Notes: generated by a model from the letters alone, not told the origin. DNA of 63,999 nucleotides, filler included, from Stramenopiles sp. TOSAG23-3 (GCA_900128585.1; 5 parts of 5 records of this genome joined end to end with filler, not necessarily neighbours in it), one strand, 5' to 3'; counted from the first letter of the whole stretch, positions 52,601 through 62,177 are shown. A program made the numbers and translations.

Positions 52601-55600
52601 GATTTTTCGACGAGCAACATGAGATTTCTCTATCACACTGACGTGTCCGTTGCCTACGTACGGCCAACTCGAAGTTTATCAACTGGGCAAATTCCAGTGT
52701 TTTTCAGAGGCACAAATTTCATGAACTCCACTTCATTGGGTTGCCGTTTTGGCGAAAACAGCGTCCGGGGGGTTTTTATCTCCCCTACTTTGGTCGTTTG
52801 CATTGCGCCAGCGAGAGAGATGGGCGCGCATAATGCCTCTGTAACAGTGTCTGCGGAAGTTACAAATAATGGGTACGATTACTCGGCGAGTAATGTTAAG
52901 TTTCAGTACACTCAATTTTGCCCAGGAAGTCGGTATTGTCCTCATTTACAGGTATTAATGGCGCCAAATGGAACTGCTAGTTTAGGTAGAGGTCAATTTA
53001 ACTTCACGATGTGTAAGCCTGGAGAGTTTCAACCCCGGCGTGCACAGAGTCGTTGTCTTAAGTGTCCTGTGGGGTACATATGTCCTGATTTTGGAATGTC
53101 AAAACCAGATCTTTGCCCAGCCGGTTTCGTTTGTCAATCGTTGGGTTTGAGAGAACCAACTATTCGGTGCCCCGCGGGGCATTATTGCATGGCGGGTACA
53201 AAAACTGATGACCCAAAAGATTTTGCAGGACTTGCAGCACATAGTTACTGGCAATCGAGCACCACGGATAATGCTAGAACATCTGGAGCGCGGGCTAATG
53301 AAAATTATGCATGGATTAAAGAATCGCAAACTGGGCTTGTCGCGTTCAATAAATCAACGCGGAAATGGCTTTACTTGCCCCGACCCCCTCCGGCAACTGG
53401 GATAACAAGACCTGAGCACGAGCCCATGATGCTCTCAGGGGGGTCCAGCTTCACTGGGGGGCATCAATATGGCCCTACAAATATATTGCAGGTTCGTCAC
53501 TATAGAAAAGTCCGACACGACCGCTCATTATCGTATCCAACAACACCGGAGAGTCTCAGCTCTCTCGGACTGCTTGCGGATAATGAAACTTTGCTTGCCG
53601 AAGTACCATTTCCTTGCCCTATCGGTACTTACTGTAGAACTGGTGCCACACACAACGATACTGTTCAGAGAAACTTCTCGCGCCCACAACGATGCCTGGA
53701 CGGGTTTTTCTGCCCATTCGGGTCAAACTCACCAGAAGGAAGTGGTCCTTGTCCTACAGGATTTTATTGTCCTAGAAGAACCGAGAAAGACGGACCGCTG
53801 CAGCGGCAACAAGTAACGTTATACGAAGCCTTAGTGTGCCCCGAAGGAATGTACTGCCCAGGAGTGGGAAACACTGGCCCGATCGACTGCTATCCTGGAA
53901 CTTACAATCCATTCAAAGGACAGTCCAATTGTACTACTTGCCCTTCGGGCCATATCTGCCCGGGGTGGAAACGAACACAGCCGTTAATCTGCCCTGCTGG
54001 TTTTGTCTGTATGTCAGAAGGTCTCTCTGCGCCAGTTGTCCAATGTCCAGCGGGATACTTCTGCCGGGCAGGAACGTTTACTCTTCAGCCAAATGAAACT
54101 TATGGGCGCAACCCTGATCTAACTTGGGGTGTTCAAAATTCATATGATATTGAAATGCAAAGACAAGCGCTGCTTTTAAAATTAAAATCAACTGCGTATA
54201 AAGGGTATTCCTCTACATACGAGTACGTTGCAACTTCTACACTGCAACCCTTGGCGTGTGCCCCTGGGACATTTTGTTTTGGCGGTGTAGCACACCCTAC
54301 CACCATAGATTGGATACCATCCATGCCCGAGGGTGGGACTGCACCACAGACATGTACAGAAGGCGCCTACTGTGAATCCGGGACTCCGACCGCTGCTGGT
54401 ACAGGTCCCTGTTTCAAAGGTCATTATTGTCCTCCTGGCTCTAGTTGGCCGACACAGGCTCCAGTTGGTAATTTTGCCAACAGAAAGGGTAGTGTTGTCC
54501 CGTCTTTGTGCTTTCCAGGAACGTGGGCCCCTTTAAATGCTACCATTAATTGTCGAACATGCCCCGCTGGTCACACCTGCCAGAGTTATGGAACTTACGT
54601 GCCCATGATTTGCGCACGCGGGACCTACCGCTCGTTGGCAGATTCTGTTACATGTAGGCTGTGCCCAGAAGGGACCTGGGCGCCGGACTTTGGTCTTCAA
54701 GATATATCTATGTGCGAACCGTGTCCTCCTGGTAGAATGTGTGGTATCGAAGGTATGTATGACTTGATGCAAAGTAAACAGTGCCCCGATGGGCACGTTT
54801 GTGGTGAGGGTACAAATAAAGCTACTCAATTTCTCCACCCTTGTCCTGCGGGATATTGGTGCGATCCAGAACAGCCGCCAAGCATGCAATATGCAGGCAC
54901 CTGCCTGAAAGGTGCCTACTGTCGAAGGGGCACGAAAGGGTATCTGAAAGGATACTTTAAGTGTCCGCAGGGCTACTACTGCCCGATTGGAACTGCGTCG
55001 GCGCTGCCGCGAGAAACGCGGTGCCCGTATCAAACGATAACGCAAGTCGGTGCGTCCACCCTTGTGGAATGCGAAGTCGATCAAGTGGATGTATGCGACA
55101 AAATTCCTGGACGTTCGTATTTAAGCAAGTTTGCTTACACTGGCCTATCTACAGGAGAAACCAGGACATTAGACTCCACCCGTGATGGGTCCGATGCTAC
55201 TGGTGAGGTGGAAGTTATTCGCAAGATTTTGGTCGTGAACCGCACAGCGTCAGATCCATTTTGGCAAAACGATACAGTCGATTTGTATCGTTCATGCCCC
55301 TTCAATGTTTCACTGGCTGGGGGAGAATACATCACTATAATTGGCAGAAATTTCCAGGATCGGTACACGCTTGCGTGTTTATTCCGCCCTCCTGAAATTT
55401 CATTTGAAGATGCCCAGGCAACTGGTGACCAATTTTCTGGAACCTGGGAGTCGAAGACAAGATTAAGGTGCAGGACTCCAGCCTTTTATGGCAATCAGAC
55501 GTGGGCGGTGCATGTGTCAAACGATGGAGTCACGTTTTCAGACACTTTTGCCCTAGTTTTACCGGTGAATAAAACCATGTACAATACGACAGATTCGCAA

Positions 55601-58600
55601 GAGCCGTATTTGCCAATCGCAACCCGACTCGCTGTATGGGACAGGCAAATATATGAGGCAGAGTGCCTGTGTCACGAAGGGCCCTTTCTAGGTTCCAAAC
55701 CGACGTTGCTGAAACGACCGGATGAAAACGACGATGAGTATTTAACTCGATCGCAGATAAGTTTCCAATCTCTACTGACTTGTCAAGCCCTTGTTGAAGA
55801 GCAGGAAGGAAACCGGGTGTATGAAGAAGACTGGTTCAGGCTTCCCGTGCTTAATCTAGCCGAGATGGAATTCCAATTCAGTCACCTTCCAACTGAAATG
55901 AAATATGGGGATCATTACCGTATAGCAATTTACGTGTCGCCTTCGGTGTGCCAAGAGCAGAGATGTGTTGGTGGGGGTTCCCGTGCAAGAGTGAGTGGTA
56001 TTAGTGAACTTGATACTGCTGGAACTGCTGATCATACTGATGATCAGTGGGTTAGCCAGCTAGATTCATTTCCATGTACGCAGCCCGTCATTTTACCCGA
56101 TTCATTCTTATCTGTTAGTGTTGATAAACATGGTTTGAACAAGTTTAGTATGTTGGCCCTTGAAGATACCATTTTTAAAGTTGAGGTTCACATATTACAT
56201 GGTTTGTTTTTATCGGCTACTCACTTTTTCAAAAATATGTCTGTTGTGACCTTGGCAGCACCCGACCGTGCAAACCGAACGGAAGGCTTAGAGGCGTCAC
56301 AAGTGCAAATGCGGCGACCGGAACCCTCGATATCATGGGCTCGGGAACGAGTCCCAATGCAGTATATATTCCTGGCTTTCTATTCTAAAGAAGAGCACGA
56401 ATCAAGCGTTGCGTCTCCGTTGAACCTTCCCCCGAGATACCAAGAATTTGAACGCGGCCGTGTACTTGTAAGTTTTAAGCGCGACCCAGATCAGGAGCAA
56501 CAGCCAGTTGTGCTAGATTCGCTATTTGATATTGAGGAAGTTCTCGTAGACGGTAACTTTGTGCGACCCCAAAAGGGTGTAAAACCAGGGGTCGGCTGGT
56601 GGGATCCACCAGATAACTTGGTGCTAATATCGCATGCAATGATGTTGAAATACAGGGAGACGTTTCATAACTTACAAATCTCGGCGGATAAGACTCTGTT
56701 TTTCGAATTTACAAAAATGATGCTTCCGTACCTGCCTTACTTCTCGAACTGTGACGGCTTCGATTCATACATACCAATTTGGAGACTTTTTGAGCATCCT
56801 GACTGCGCTCTTCCCGATGTTCCTGATCCTACTGCTGCCATTGAGCAAGACATAAAAGGTGGGGATATGGTCCGTACTGACCCTCGTCGTAAAATTCCGA
56901 TGTTTCCTCACCAGGATGACGTAATAGGTGTGCAAGGTCTTGGCTTTAACCAGCCAGTTGCTGATATATGTAATTTTGGGACTACTTGTACTTACGAAGA
57001 AGATTTAATCCAGCCGGAAGTGAACGAACGGTGGTTTGAAGCGCCCTCAGGTACTGGACTGTTTGGGATTGTTCGCTCTCCTTTTGCTGTAACTGAATAT
57101 TTAAATCAAGCGCAACTTCAAAACCCTATGCGTTTCGCAGAAGGAGATGAAAAGTTACAAGGGCTTGCAATTAATAAACAAGCAAAAGATTTAACGTTCG
57201 GGCCGTACTTGGGATTTGATCCAATATCTTATACACGTGGTACCGCAGAGCAGGGTCCATCAAACCACCTTTCCGACGATGTTTTGAATAACGTTCATGA
57301 TATGCTACGCGGTGGACCAGATGCCATTATCCCTGTTGGTGTGGATGGTGACAGTCGCGACGAGTTGACAATGGTCTGCGCGAAGCTATGTTACCCGAGA
57401 GCAGTCTCTCTAGAGATCGAATATTGGCAGCTGTCCAACTACGAGAAGACTCTTTTGAGTATCACATTAGTTCTTGACGATTGGAATAAAGACTTTGAGT
57501 CCCTTGATTACGAGTTTTCTTTTTCGATGGCACCACTGGGTTACGTAGCATTGATTATTGCATTTGCCTTCTCATTGGATATCTTCATCATTCTGTTCGT
57601 CTTCGTTGGGATATTTTCTATTGGCATTACTGGCGTGTTTTACGCGAATATAAGGTTCACGACTCGTTTGGAAACCCCGCCCAAGTTTCGTTTGTCGAGT
57701 TACATCACCCTGGTAGCGCCCACTGCTTGCATTGGCGTTGTGATCGGCTCCACTCCTATTTTTGCCGTTTCGTACCTATTTTATATGTTACTGTACGGCG
57801 GGGAAGCCCCATTTAATTTTGAAAAGCCTTTTCCAACGGACACGCATTTTTTGTTTGACAACATGGCAAATCATTGGATGGTTAAGAAGTTAGATCCTGC
57901 AACAATTGGAGATACGAGGCACGGTCGTTTTGGCATGGTCCTGCTTATAATCGGTTTGTTCTGTATAGTGCTTAGTGCGCAAATATTTCTGCCCAAACGT
58001 GTGTCAAAACGCGAAAAAGAAATTGAAATGAAACGTGACAAACAAGCCCAAAAGGAAACCGTATGGGTACCGACACTGTGGAAAAGATCTAATTTTATGT
58101 TCGCTTCTGTGATTATGGGTATTTTCTGTACCATATTGATTGAACTGTCTTTCTGGAGCAACTTCGGAACGTACGTTTGGTTTTTAATCTTGGCGTTTCG
58201 CCCAGCAGGAATTGTGCTGGACTTGGTCATCGAAGGACAATTAGGGGAAGCACTGTTAGCATCTCCACTGGTCGCAACATTTTCGTTGTGTACGGATATT
58301 GTAACCCTGGGGTCTGATGATTTCATGGATTTCGTTTTGTGTTTCATTGTTGAATTCGGTATGCTTCTATTTGAACGCACCTTTTGGGATCCCGGTTTTG
58401 GGATGATATTTGAAGCGTTTACTGAAGCCGCAGCTAAGCTAGTTGCATGGCTCCGGGCTAAACTGAAATTAAAAGGGAAAAGTAAAGTTGAAGAGCAGGC
58501 AGAGCGAGAGAAGGCCGCCGCTGACCAAATGAAGAATAGAGACGCTGGGGTGGACTATAGCACAGGGGATACTGTCGAGCCAATTTTAGGCTCTTTCTCC

Positions 58601-60208
58601 GGTTACTCTGGGGATGCATTTGGAATGGTCTACACGACTTACTACATGTACATGTTCATGGTTTACAGAGACCCTATCCAACTCCCTGTGTTGTATGGCA
58701 TAAAGAATCAAGATATGGAATACTACCTGTTTTTTGGGGTTGTGAATGTCCCTTTCCAATTCGTGTGTGATGTACTCATCCATCAGTGTTTAGAAATATT
58801 TTGGGGCTGGAAAATATATGATTATTTGGTTTACACTAGGTACCGGTATTTGCAGCGAGAAACGCGCTGGAAAGGTCTGGAAGACTCTCTTGATGAATGC
58901 ATTGAGGAAGGTGCGCGAACGCTGGACCAAATGTGCTTTTCTTCTCAATTCTACCTGATGCACTCCATTGCAACGTATGGGCAAATGATGATAATGTTTA
59001 GCATAGAAATCATGGTACGGTGGAACTACAACTTGTTCGGCGACCGCGCAGCTGCCATTTTGCTCCTCCTCGTCTCATTGGCATGCTACTTTACGTTCTT
59101 GTTCAGCACATGGTTGACCGATAAATCTGGTATTTACCGTTTAAAACACGAAGACACAGCTTGGCATTCAACTCTAGGTGGTCCCGAAGAGGAAGAGTTT
59201 GGTATCCCGCGCTGGGATGAGCTTGACAAAATTAAAGGTGCATCCCACGAAGCATACTTAATGAATCAGAAGATTACTTCCGAAACATTTCGTTATAAAT
59301 TTTTGGATTACAACCGTCCTTGGCTGGTTAGTCAGTTGCCTGCCATATTGACCCCTCGAACATTGCGCCGCAGTAGACCCTATTTAATTGCCCAGCTAAC
59401 TAAAATTTTGGGTTCGGTTAACCCGGACGTATCGTCAGATTCAGACTCGGACGATGATGGTCGACCGAAGTTTGGTCCGGTGGCCTTGTCTACAACGTCC
59501 CGCTCGATCGCTCGCCTATGGCTTGCCCAGGCTCGCCGACGAAAGCGACTCCGTGAAGTTGTTCAGCCCTTGATTAATCGGGCGCGTCGCAATGAGTGCG
59601 AAAAATGCCTCAGCAGGCAGCAATTGCAAGTTGAATTGGTCATTCCAATCGAGGTCCTTGGCGATAGGTTTGAGAAGGAACACCCAGACGATGAGTTTGA
59701 CCAAGTTGCATGGAAGCAGTTTTTCAACAAAAATGCAAAGTTTCGAACCCTTTGTTTGAAATGTATTCAAGAAGAGCAAGCCGTCGCAAAAGAGAAGGCC
59801 ATGCGCTCTCTGCAAGGGGCAGAAATTTCGGACTCGGATGACGAAGATCTTGGTGCCAGGTTTGGTGCAGTGTTTCTCAGTGCTGCCAGCGGCGCAATTT
59901 TGAAAAATTGGTACAGAAAAGCATCTGATATGGTGCGCAAGCGAGGTGGTAAAACTGGGGCTGCTGTATACATTAGTGATGACGATGAAGACGACGATGC
60001 CGCCGTAGGATGGGCGAAGAAGAAATTGAAGTTGAGTGAAGCATCAAAAGCAATTGCCATTAAGTGGCTGAGGATGGCTCGGGCCCGCAACCCCGTGGCG
60101 ACGAAGAAAGGCAAACGGGAGGCATTAAAACTTGGACGTTCTCAACCTCGGCGAAGTCGACGAAAACCCCAACCGGGTGCTCCTCGGTCTGCAATTCGCC
60201 ACAAGTAA
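46679..60208 (+). CDS. Giant surface protein: about 24 tandem IPT/TIG domains, Cys-rich (GCC2/GCC3, ephrin-receptor-like) repeats, one more IPT, a multi-TM region and a cytoplasmic tail; 5' truncated
   Basis: The frame is open from the contig edge (TGSGFISGSTWCRFG..). Repeats of S.xP..GP..GGT.V.I.G.NF..L.C.FG..VSNNG run to about 52915, and CPAG.YC repeats span about 52915-55105. A hydrophobic helix bundle spans about 57535-59115. No introns over 13.5 kb. Confidence 0.92.
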   Translation, partial: TGSGFISGSTWCRFGASEIIQANVISSSKLRCIIVSKVPGRHGVYVSTNEQDFTTGDYSYEFLTILSVKSIFPDRGPASGHTPVTIRGENFMDSPHLHCKFGKDTAPARWINKQTLECITPSNIMGNVAVEVTNDMITYSTDKREFEFVQSTQLLSITPSSGPPVGGSEVIVRGSDFSYSNSLYCQFCDQWSEAAFISVSEVRCVTPPHSLGLCPVQISVNRVDTIGENQLFFGYSSLPEISSFSPTAGPVSGGTLIHIEGKHMNEKTMCKFGSMALIKPENVSNDSITCRSPKVSSLRNLRLRLTNNMVDLSYDTTTFRFYDSLYIHKISPSTGPQRGGSRVSIWGINFVNSRFLGCKFGAKIVDAIWISETKIECSAPQNSPGVYFVEVSNNGQQFSQNKRSFTVYPNTEIFGIQPKSGRTLGGTLITVYGHNFVHGPSLRCNFNNSEHSSAIFFNSTVIKCVTTPFKGDTGGAVDVRVSNNGMDYSNTRATFRYDAQFEITSIYPTSGPSTGNTIVKISGENFVNFSNFLCSFGNSTVKATFISTKEIECTSPPFSISRGVVSLDIALTGKEFTRNGKNFSFYAPEVLTGLSPQSIPANWDRPARLMLDGSNFLNSAHIKCRMFGFGAAPAFWISPTKVSCELPNLTGVVPGSYEIQVSNNGQNFGRQNVQFTKRRELTVVTASPTFGSTDGGTKVHITAVSIGENGNVRCRFGSRTVVGTVLASNEISCFTPRSHTNETVKMYISLDNTHFSPVGIDFNYVNPHRVDSVTPSRGPSFGGSRIRVKGINFVCHPVCYCKFGNSEKVVGYWVNETDILCDSSPGKEHSLVTISTNGFDFASSKALFHYYKSPLVSSIFPFTGSEEGGTKVRIIGANFINSENLMCRFGTQSLPVRALFVHRRLIECVTPAHLPGSVSVAVSNNAADYGYRTAVFNYENRLEIQSFTPSFGPSTGGTRVEIEGHQFQFNSLLSCKFNDTVVPGSYISHTKIFCLTPRGMAGAVELHVSGNGVDFVLAGSRFEFIALPKIDTISPIYALERSAVPITVRGHNFLENSSCSFGNMEMTKAIVLNTKEMQCLSPGNLTAGQHSFDIIAGTVATSSALVFTVEKPSLLRRIIPLKGSATGGTLIDVYGNNFIRNVHYNCSFGSLSSIATWIDPTRLQCFSPASPAVGTVPFILHQPAGIYQESRINFTYMVDAAVEEIRPGHGSYLGNTVVDVFGTHFVRSSTLVCIFGLRKVKASFVNSTFVKCVAPPQNTGVVNFAVSNNNIDLTPQLIQFEYQTGCQVLSLKPRRGPIVGGTRIEVRGTGFSRNEINCKFGFSAPKIVPAEFVNSELIFCISPEASEGMEVSLDVSNGPYHFSNDKVKFRFIEAPQITHIFPLRGPAGGGTTLKIRGNYLYDARSLVCRFKSDQRTLLQPVSWHSSKFVSCLTPPSELGKLEVSLTLNGHDFVVAPSTFEVYANPSIESITPEFGPQSGGSMVTVYGLHFSATNPRCNFGGFQVPAIFVTNTEIKCPSPPSPFRGTTSFSISMNGEDFTDRTEVQFEYTDIPTVIKTHSAFGPRRGNTISTFEVLESRNAESIKECRFGVNSVGTKSIQSDAHQITCASPQGFGMQSFSVSVDGRTFSSPQMYYYRKGAYVTNIIPNKAPASGGSIILVEGLNFTNSRDLSCRFGEVVVRAIWHSTKEIRCNCPRHVPSSVVFEVSNNGVDFSSSGKQFKFLASASVTAISPTHGPEDGGTVVTVFGIHFVASKDLVCKFGLVRTRVVEFISSTEIICIAPPAPTIGTTWGTFVEIANDNLTFTGNAEKFTYDPRVLIFDISPKSGYTRGGSRVMLYGTNFRNYLGLTCKFGTIDVPGYYISQSEVECISPLQVNDDVEVEVSLNGEDFSFSRRSFSYTETPTVSKIWPLSGPAWAGGTLVTVMGTAFSNTQHLSCRFGQLVVPAMQVSNAKMACRSPAAQPGLVSFEITTNGLDFSTSNMRFLYHTDVSVAYVRPTRSLSTGQIPVFFRGTNFMNSTSLGCRFGENSVRGVFISPTLVVCIAPAREMGAHNASVTVSAEVTNNGYDYSASNVKFQYTQFCPGSRYCPHLQVLMAPNGTASLGRGQFNFTMCKPGEFQPRRAQSRCLKCPVGYICPDFGMSKPDLCPAGFVCQSLGLREPTIRCPAGHYCMAGTKTDDPKDFAGLAAHSYWQSSTTDNARTSGARANENYAWIKESQTGLVAFNKSTRKWLYLPRPPPATGITRPEHEPMMLSGGSSFTGGHQYGPTNILQVRHYRKVRHDRSLSYPTTPESLSSLGLLADNETLLAEVPFPCPIGTYCRTGATHNDTVQRNFSRPQRCLDGFFCPFGSNSPEGSGPCPTGFYCPRRTEKDGPLQRQQVTLYEALVCPEGMYCPGVGNTGPIDCYPGTYNPFKGQSNCTTCPSGHICPGWKRTQPLICPAGFVCMSEGLSAPVVQCPAGYFCRAGTFTLQPNETYGRNPDLTWGVQNSYDIEMQRQALLLKLKSTAYKGYSSTYEYVATSTLQPLACAPGTFCFGGVAHPTTIDWIPSMPEGGTAPQTCTEGAYCESGTPTAAGTGPCFKGHYCPPGSSWPTQAPVGNFANRKGSVVPSLCFPGTWAPLNATINCRTCPAGHTCQSYGTYVPMICARGTYRSLADSVTCRLCPEGTWAPDFGLQDISMCEPCPPGRMCGIEGMYDLMQSKQCPDGHVCGEGTNKATQFLHPCPAGYWCDPEQPPSMQYAGTCLKGAYCRRGTKGYLKGYFKCPQGYYCPIGTASALPRETRCPYQTITQVGASTLVECEVDQVDVCDKIPGRSYLSKFAYTGLSTGETRTLDSTRDGSDATGEVEVIRKILVVNRTASDPFWQNDTVDLYRSCPFNVSLAGGEYITIIGRNFQDRYTLACLFRPPEISFEDAQATGDQFSGTWESKTRLRCRTPAFYGNQTWAVHVSNDGVTFSDTFALVLPVNKTMYNTTDSQEPYLPIATRLAVWDRQIYEAECLCHEGPFLGSKPTLLKRPDENDDEYLTRSQISFQSLLTCQALVEEQEGNRVYEEDWFRLPVLNLAEMEFQFSHLPTEMKYGDHYRIAIYVSPSVCQEQRCVGGGSRARVSGISELDTAGTADHTDDQWVSQLDSFPCTQPVILPDSFLSVSVDKHGLNKFSMLALEDTIFKVEVHILHGLFLSATHFFKNMSVVTLAAPDRANRTEGLEASQVQMRRPEPSISWARERVPMQYIFLAFYSKEEHESSVASPLNLPPRYQEFERGRVLVSFKRDPDQEQQPVVLDSLFDIEEVLVDGNFVRPQKGVKPGVGWWDPPDNLVLISHAMMLKYRETFHNLQISADKTLFFEFTKMMLPYLPYFSNCDGFDSYIPIWRLFEHPDCALPDVPDPTAAIEQDIKGGDMVRTDPRRKIPMFPHQDDVIGVQGLGFNQPVADICNFGTTCTYEEDLIQPEVNERWFEAPSGTGLFGIVRSPFAVTEYLNQAQLQNPMRFAEGDEKLQGLAINKQAKDLTFGPYLGFDPISYTRGTAEQGPSNHLSDDVLNNVHDMLRGGPDAIIPVGVDGDSRDELTMVCAKLCYPRAVSLEIEYWQLSNYEKTLLSITLVLDDWNKDFESLDYEFSFSMAPLGYVALIIAFAFSLDIFIILFVFVGIFSIGITGVFYANIRFTTRLETPPKFRLSSYITLVAPTACIGVVIGSTPIFAVSYLFYMLLYGGEAPFNFEKPFPTDTHFLFDNMANHWMVKKLDPATIGDTRHGRFGMVLLIIGLFCIVLSAQIFLPKRVSKREKEIEMKRDKQAQKETVWVPTLWKRSNFMFASVIMGIFCTILIELSFWSNFGTYVWFLILAFRPAGIVLDLVIEGQLGEALLASPLVATFSLCTDIVTLGSDDFMDFVLCFIVEFGMLLFERTFWDPGFGMIFEAFTEAAAKLVAWLRAKLKLKGKSKVEEQAEREKAAADQMKNRDAGVDYSTGDTVEPILGSFSGYSGDAFGMVYTTYYMYMFMVYRDPIQLPVLYGIKNQDMEYYLFFGVVNVPFQFVCDVLIHQCLEIFWGWKIYDYLVYTRYRYLQRETRWKGLEDSLDECIEEGARTLDQMCFSSQFYLMHSIATYGQMMIMFSIEIMVRWNYNLFGDRAAAILLLLVSLACYFTFLFSTWLTDKSGIYRLKHEDTAWHSTLGGPEEEEFGIPRWDELDKIKGASHEAYLMNQKITSETFRYKFLDYNRPWLVSQLPAILTPRTLRRSRPYLIAQLTKILGSVNPDVSSDSDSDDDGRPKFGPVALSTTSRSIARLWLAQARRRKRLREVVQPLINRARRNECEKCLSRQQLQVELVIPIEVLGDRFEKEHPDDEFDQVAWKQFFNKNAKFRTLCLKCIQEEQAVAKEKAMRSLQGAEISDSDDEDLGARFGAVFLSAASGAILKNWYRKASDMVRKRGGKTGAAVYISDDDEDDDAAVGWAKKKLKLSEASKAIAIKWLRMARARNPVATKKGKREALKLGRSQPRRSRRKPQPGAPRSAIRHK

Positions 60209-60328
60209 AAAATATATTTTAAAATAAGTCTTATCATACGTAATAAAATGATGGCTGTTATATAAAATAAACGTGAATAAAAATAAAGCGATATGAATTT
60301 TAGCAGTCGCAAAGTTAGATCAGTTCTA

Positions 60329-60362
60329 CAATTGGGATAATCTTGAGAGTCTTAAAACATAC
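60329..60362 (-). mobile_element. Partial copy (end A) of the MITE-like element
   Basis: caattgggataatcttgagagtcttaaaacatac is the reverse complement of 40136-40171 apart from a 2-nt indel. The flank tatcattagtttttttt is also shared. Confidence 0.7.
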
Positions 60363-60844
60363 TACGGTATATCATTAGTTTTTTTTTATATAAAATAAAC
60401 GTACGTAATAAAAACAAAATATTATTTATTGGTTGTTTGTTATTTATTATCTTAATCATTGTACTCCACGTATGATCAGAAATTGATATTTTTTTTCGTA
60501 TGATACTTCGAGTCAAAAGTTTTCTCAAATAACAGCTTTACAGCATTGCTTTAAAGAAAAGATACAATTTATTATAATAATATTATAGAGAGAGGAGAGG
60601 AGGAGTAGTAGTACCGTAGTAGAAATAAAATTATTTAAAAAATGTTCACTTTCTTATGTGAAAAAACTAATCATGTTTTCATTGTCCATTATTTACTGTT
60701 TCAAACTACCAACTTCATTGCACACGTGGAAGCATGAAATAGAAAATAGTGTTGAACTATTGCGGGACAAGCCACCCACTGGTCATTAACAAGCACATAC
60801 TTGAAGTTGAACCGTCAACGGAACGGAAGAGTTTTTGTCGTAAA

Positions 60845-61774
60845 ATGCCACCCAAGAAGTGGTGGAAGCCGCTGCAGGAGCCAATGAAGTTGGGCGCTTG
60901 CTACAATGTTTTTGACGGGGAAGAACTTTTAGAATCATCGATTTTATCGATTAAAGACAACGTTGATTACGTTGTTGTAGTTTACCAGAGCATTTCGAAC
61001 TTTGGGCAACAGTGCGACAAAGGCCTTGTGCCCCTCCTAAAACGATTGAAGAACGAGGGCCTTGTTCATGAGCTCGTGCACTACTCCCCAAGAAAGTTTT
61101 CTAAGGAAGAGAAGAAAGAATTGGTAAGCTCTCGAGCCACGGGCACTGATCTGGGGGGGGCGCGTGCCGAGGAAGTAGCAGACACATTTTTTAACGAACA
61201 GACAAAGCGTGAGATTGGCAGGACCGCATGCAAAGACGCTGGTTGCACCTATTTTATGTCTATGGACACTGACGAATTTTACCTCAAGGGCCAGCTAGAA
61301 AGTGTCAAAAAGCTCGTTGCTGAAAGGGGATATGAAGGTGTTTTGTGTAAAATGCGGTACTTTTACAAGTACCCGCAGGTGGAATTGCTCCCTCGTGATG
61401 AGATGAATTATGTTGCAGTTATGTATCAAATAAGGGATGATATGCCGTTTAAACTTGGGTCACCTTACCCATATCTCATTGACCCCACACGGAAGGTGGA
61501 TGGGCTGCGGCTGTTGTACGCTTGCGAAAGAGACGTTTTGGAAATGTACCACTACTCTTTCGTGAGGAAGAACATAAGAAGCAAACTTATCAATGTTTCA
61601 AACCGTGGGAACTATCATCAAAATCTGCACGAATTTATGGAATACTTTGCAAAGTGGAAACCGCAGGACCCAGTGCGCCATCCGCATCCATATTTTGGAG
61701 AACTTTACAAGAACACAAAGATTGTACCCAACTACTTTAAAATCAACATTGGCGAAAAATTCACACTTCGTTGA
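60845..61774 (+). CDS. Putative GT-A fold glycosyltransferase-like protein
   Basis: N-terminal LGACYNVFDGEELLESSILSI..VDYVVVVY, EQTKREIG, DxD motif FMSMDTDEFY and late MYHYSFVR. Confidence 0.7.
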   Translation: MPPKKWWKPLQEPMKLGACYNVFDGEELLESSILSIKDNVDYVVVVYQSISNFGQQCDKGLVPLLKRLKNEGLVHELVHYSPRKFSKEEKKELVSSRATGTDLGGARAEEVADTFFNEQTKREIGRTACKDAGCTYFMSMDTDEFYLKGQLESVKKLVAERGYEGVLCKMRYFYKYPQVELLPRDEMNYVAVMYQIRDDMPFKLGSPYPYLIDPTRKVDGLRLLYACERDVLEMYHYSFVRKNIRSKLINVSNRGNYHQNLHEFMEYFAKWKPQDPVRHPHPYFGELYKNTKIVPNYFKINIGEKFTLR

Positions 61775-62075
61775 AAGACCCGCGTTATTTTTAAAATAAT
61801 GGCTGTATCAGACGGAGAAAATCTTCTTCTCTCCAAATAAATATTGTTTAGTTTATTATTTATTAAAAAACAAAAAAAAGCTGGCTGTTGTTATTTAAAA
61901 TATAATTAAAAAAATTCTTCCTCTCGTGTACCGGATTTACTAATCAATATTTTACAATTTATACCCTTGCTGTTATTTATTAGGTTTTTATCAAAATATT
62001 CCTCAAATGTCACTAGTTCGAGCAGGGATGAACATTGCCGTCATGACCCTTTTTGCAGTTTCTGCGGTGCACGAG

Positions 62076-62175
62076 NNNNNNNNNNNNNNNNNNNNNNNNN
62101 NNNNNNNNNNNNNNNNNNNTTAATTAATTAANNNNNNNNNNNNNNNNNNNNNNNNNNNNNNNNNNNNNNNNNNNN
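62076..62175. other. Artificial contig linker
   Basis: N44-TTAATTAATTAA-N44. Confidence 0.97.
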
Positions 62176-62177
62176 CG

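Noticed and set aside
44565..60208. One continuous gene or cluster across 46578-46677
   Set aside because: Separated by an artificial linker, and the two proteins are unrelated in character.
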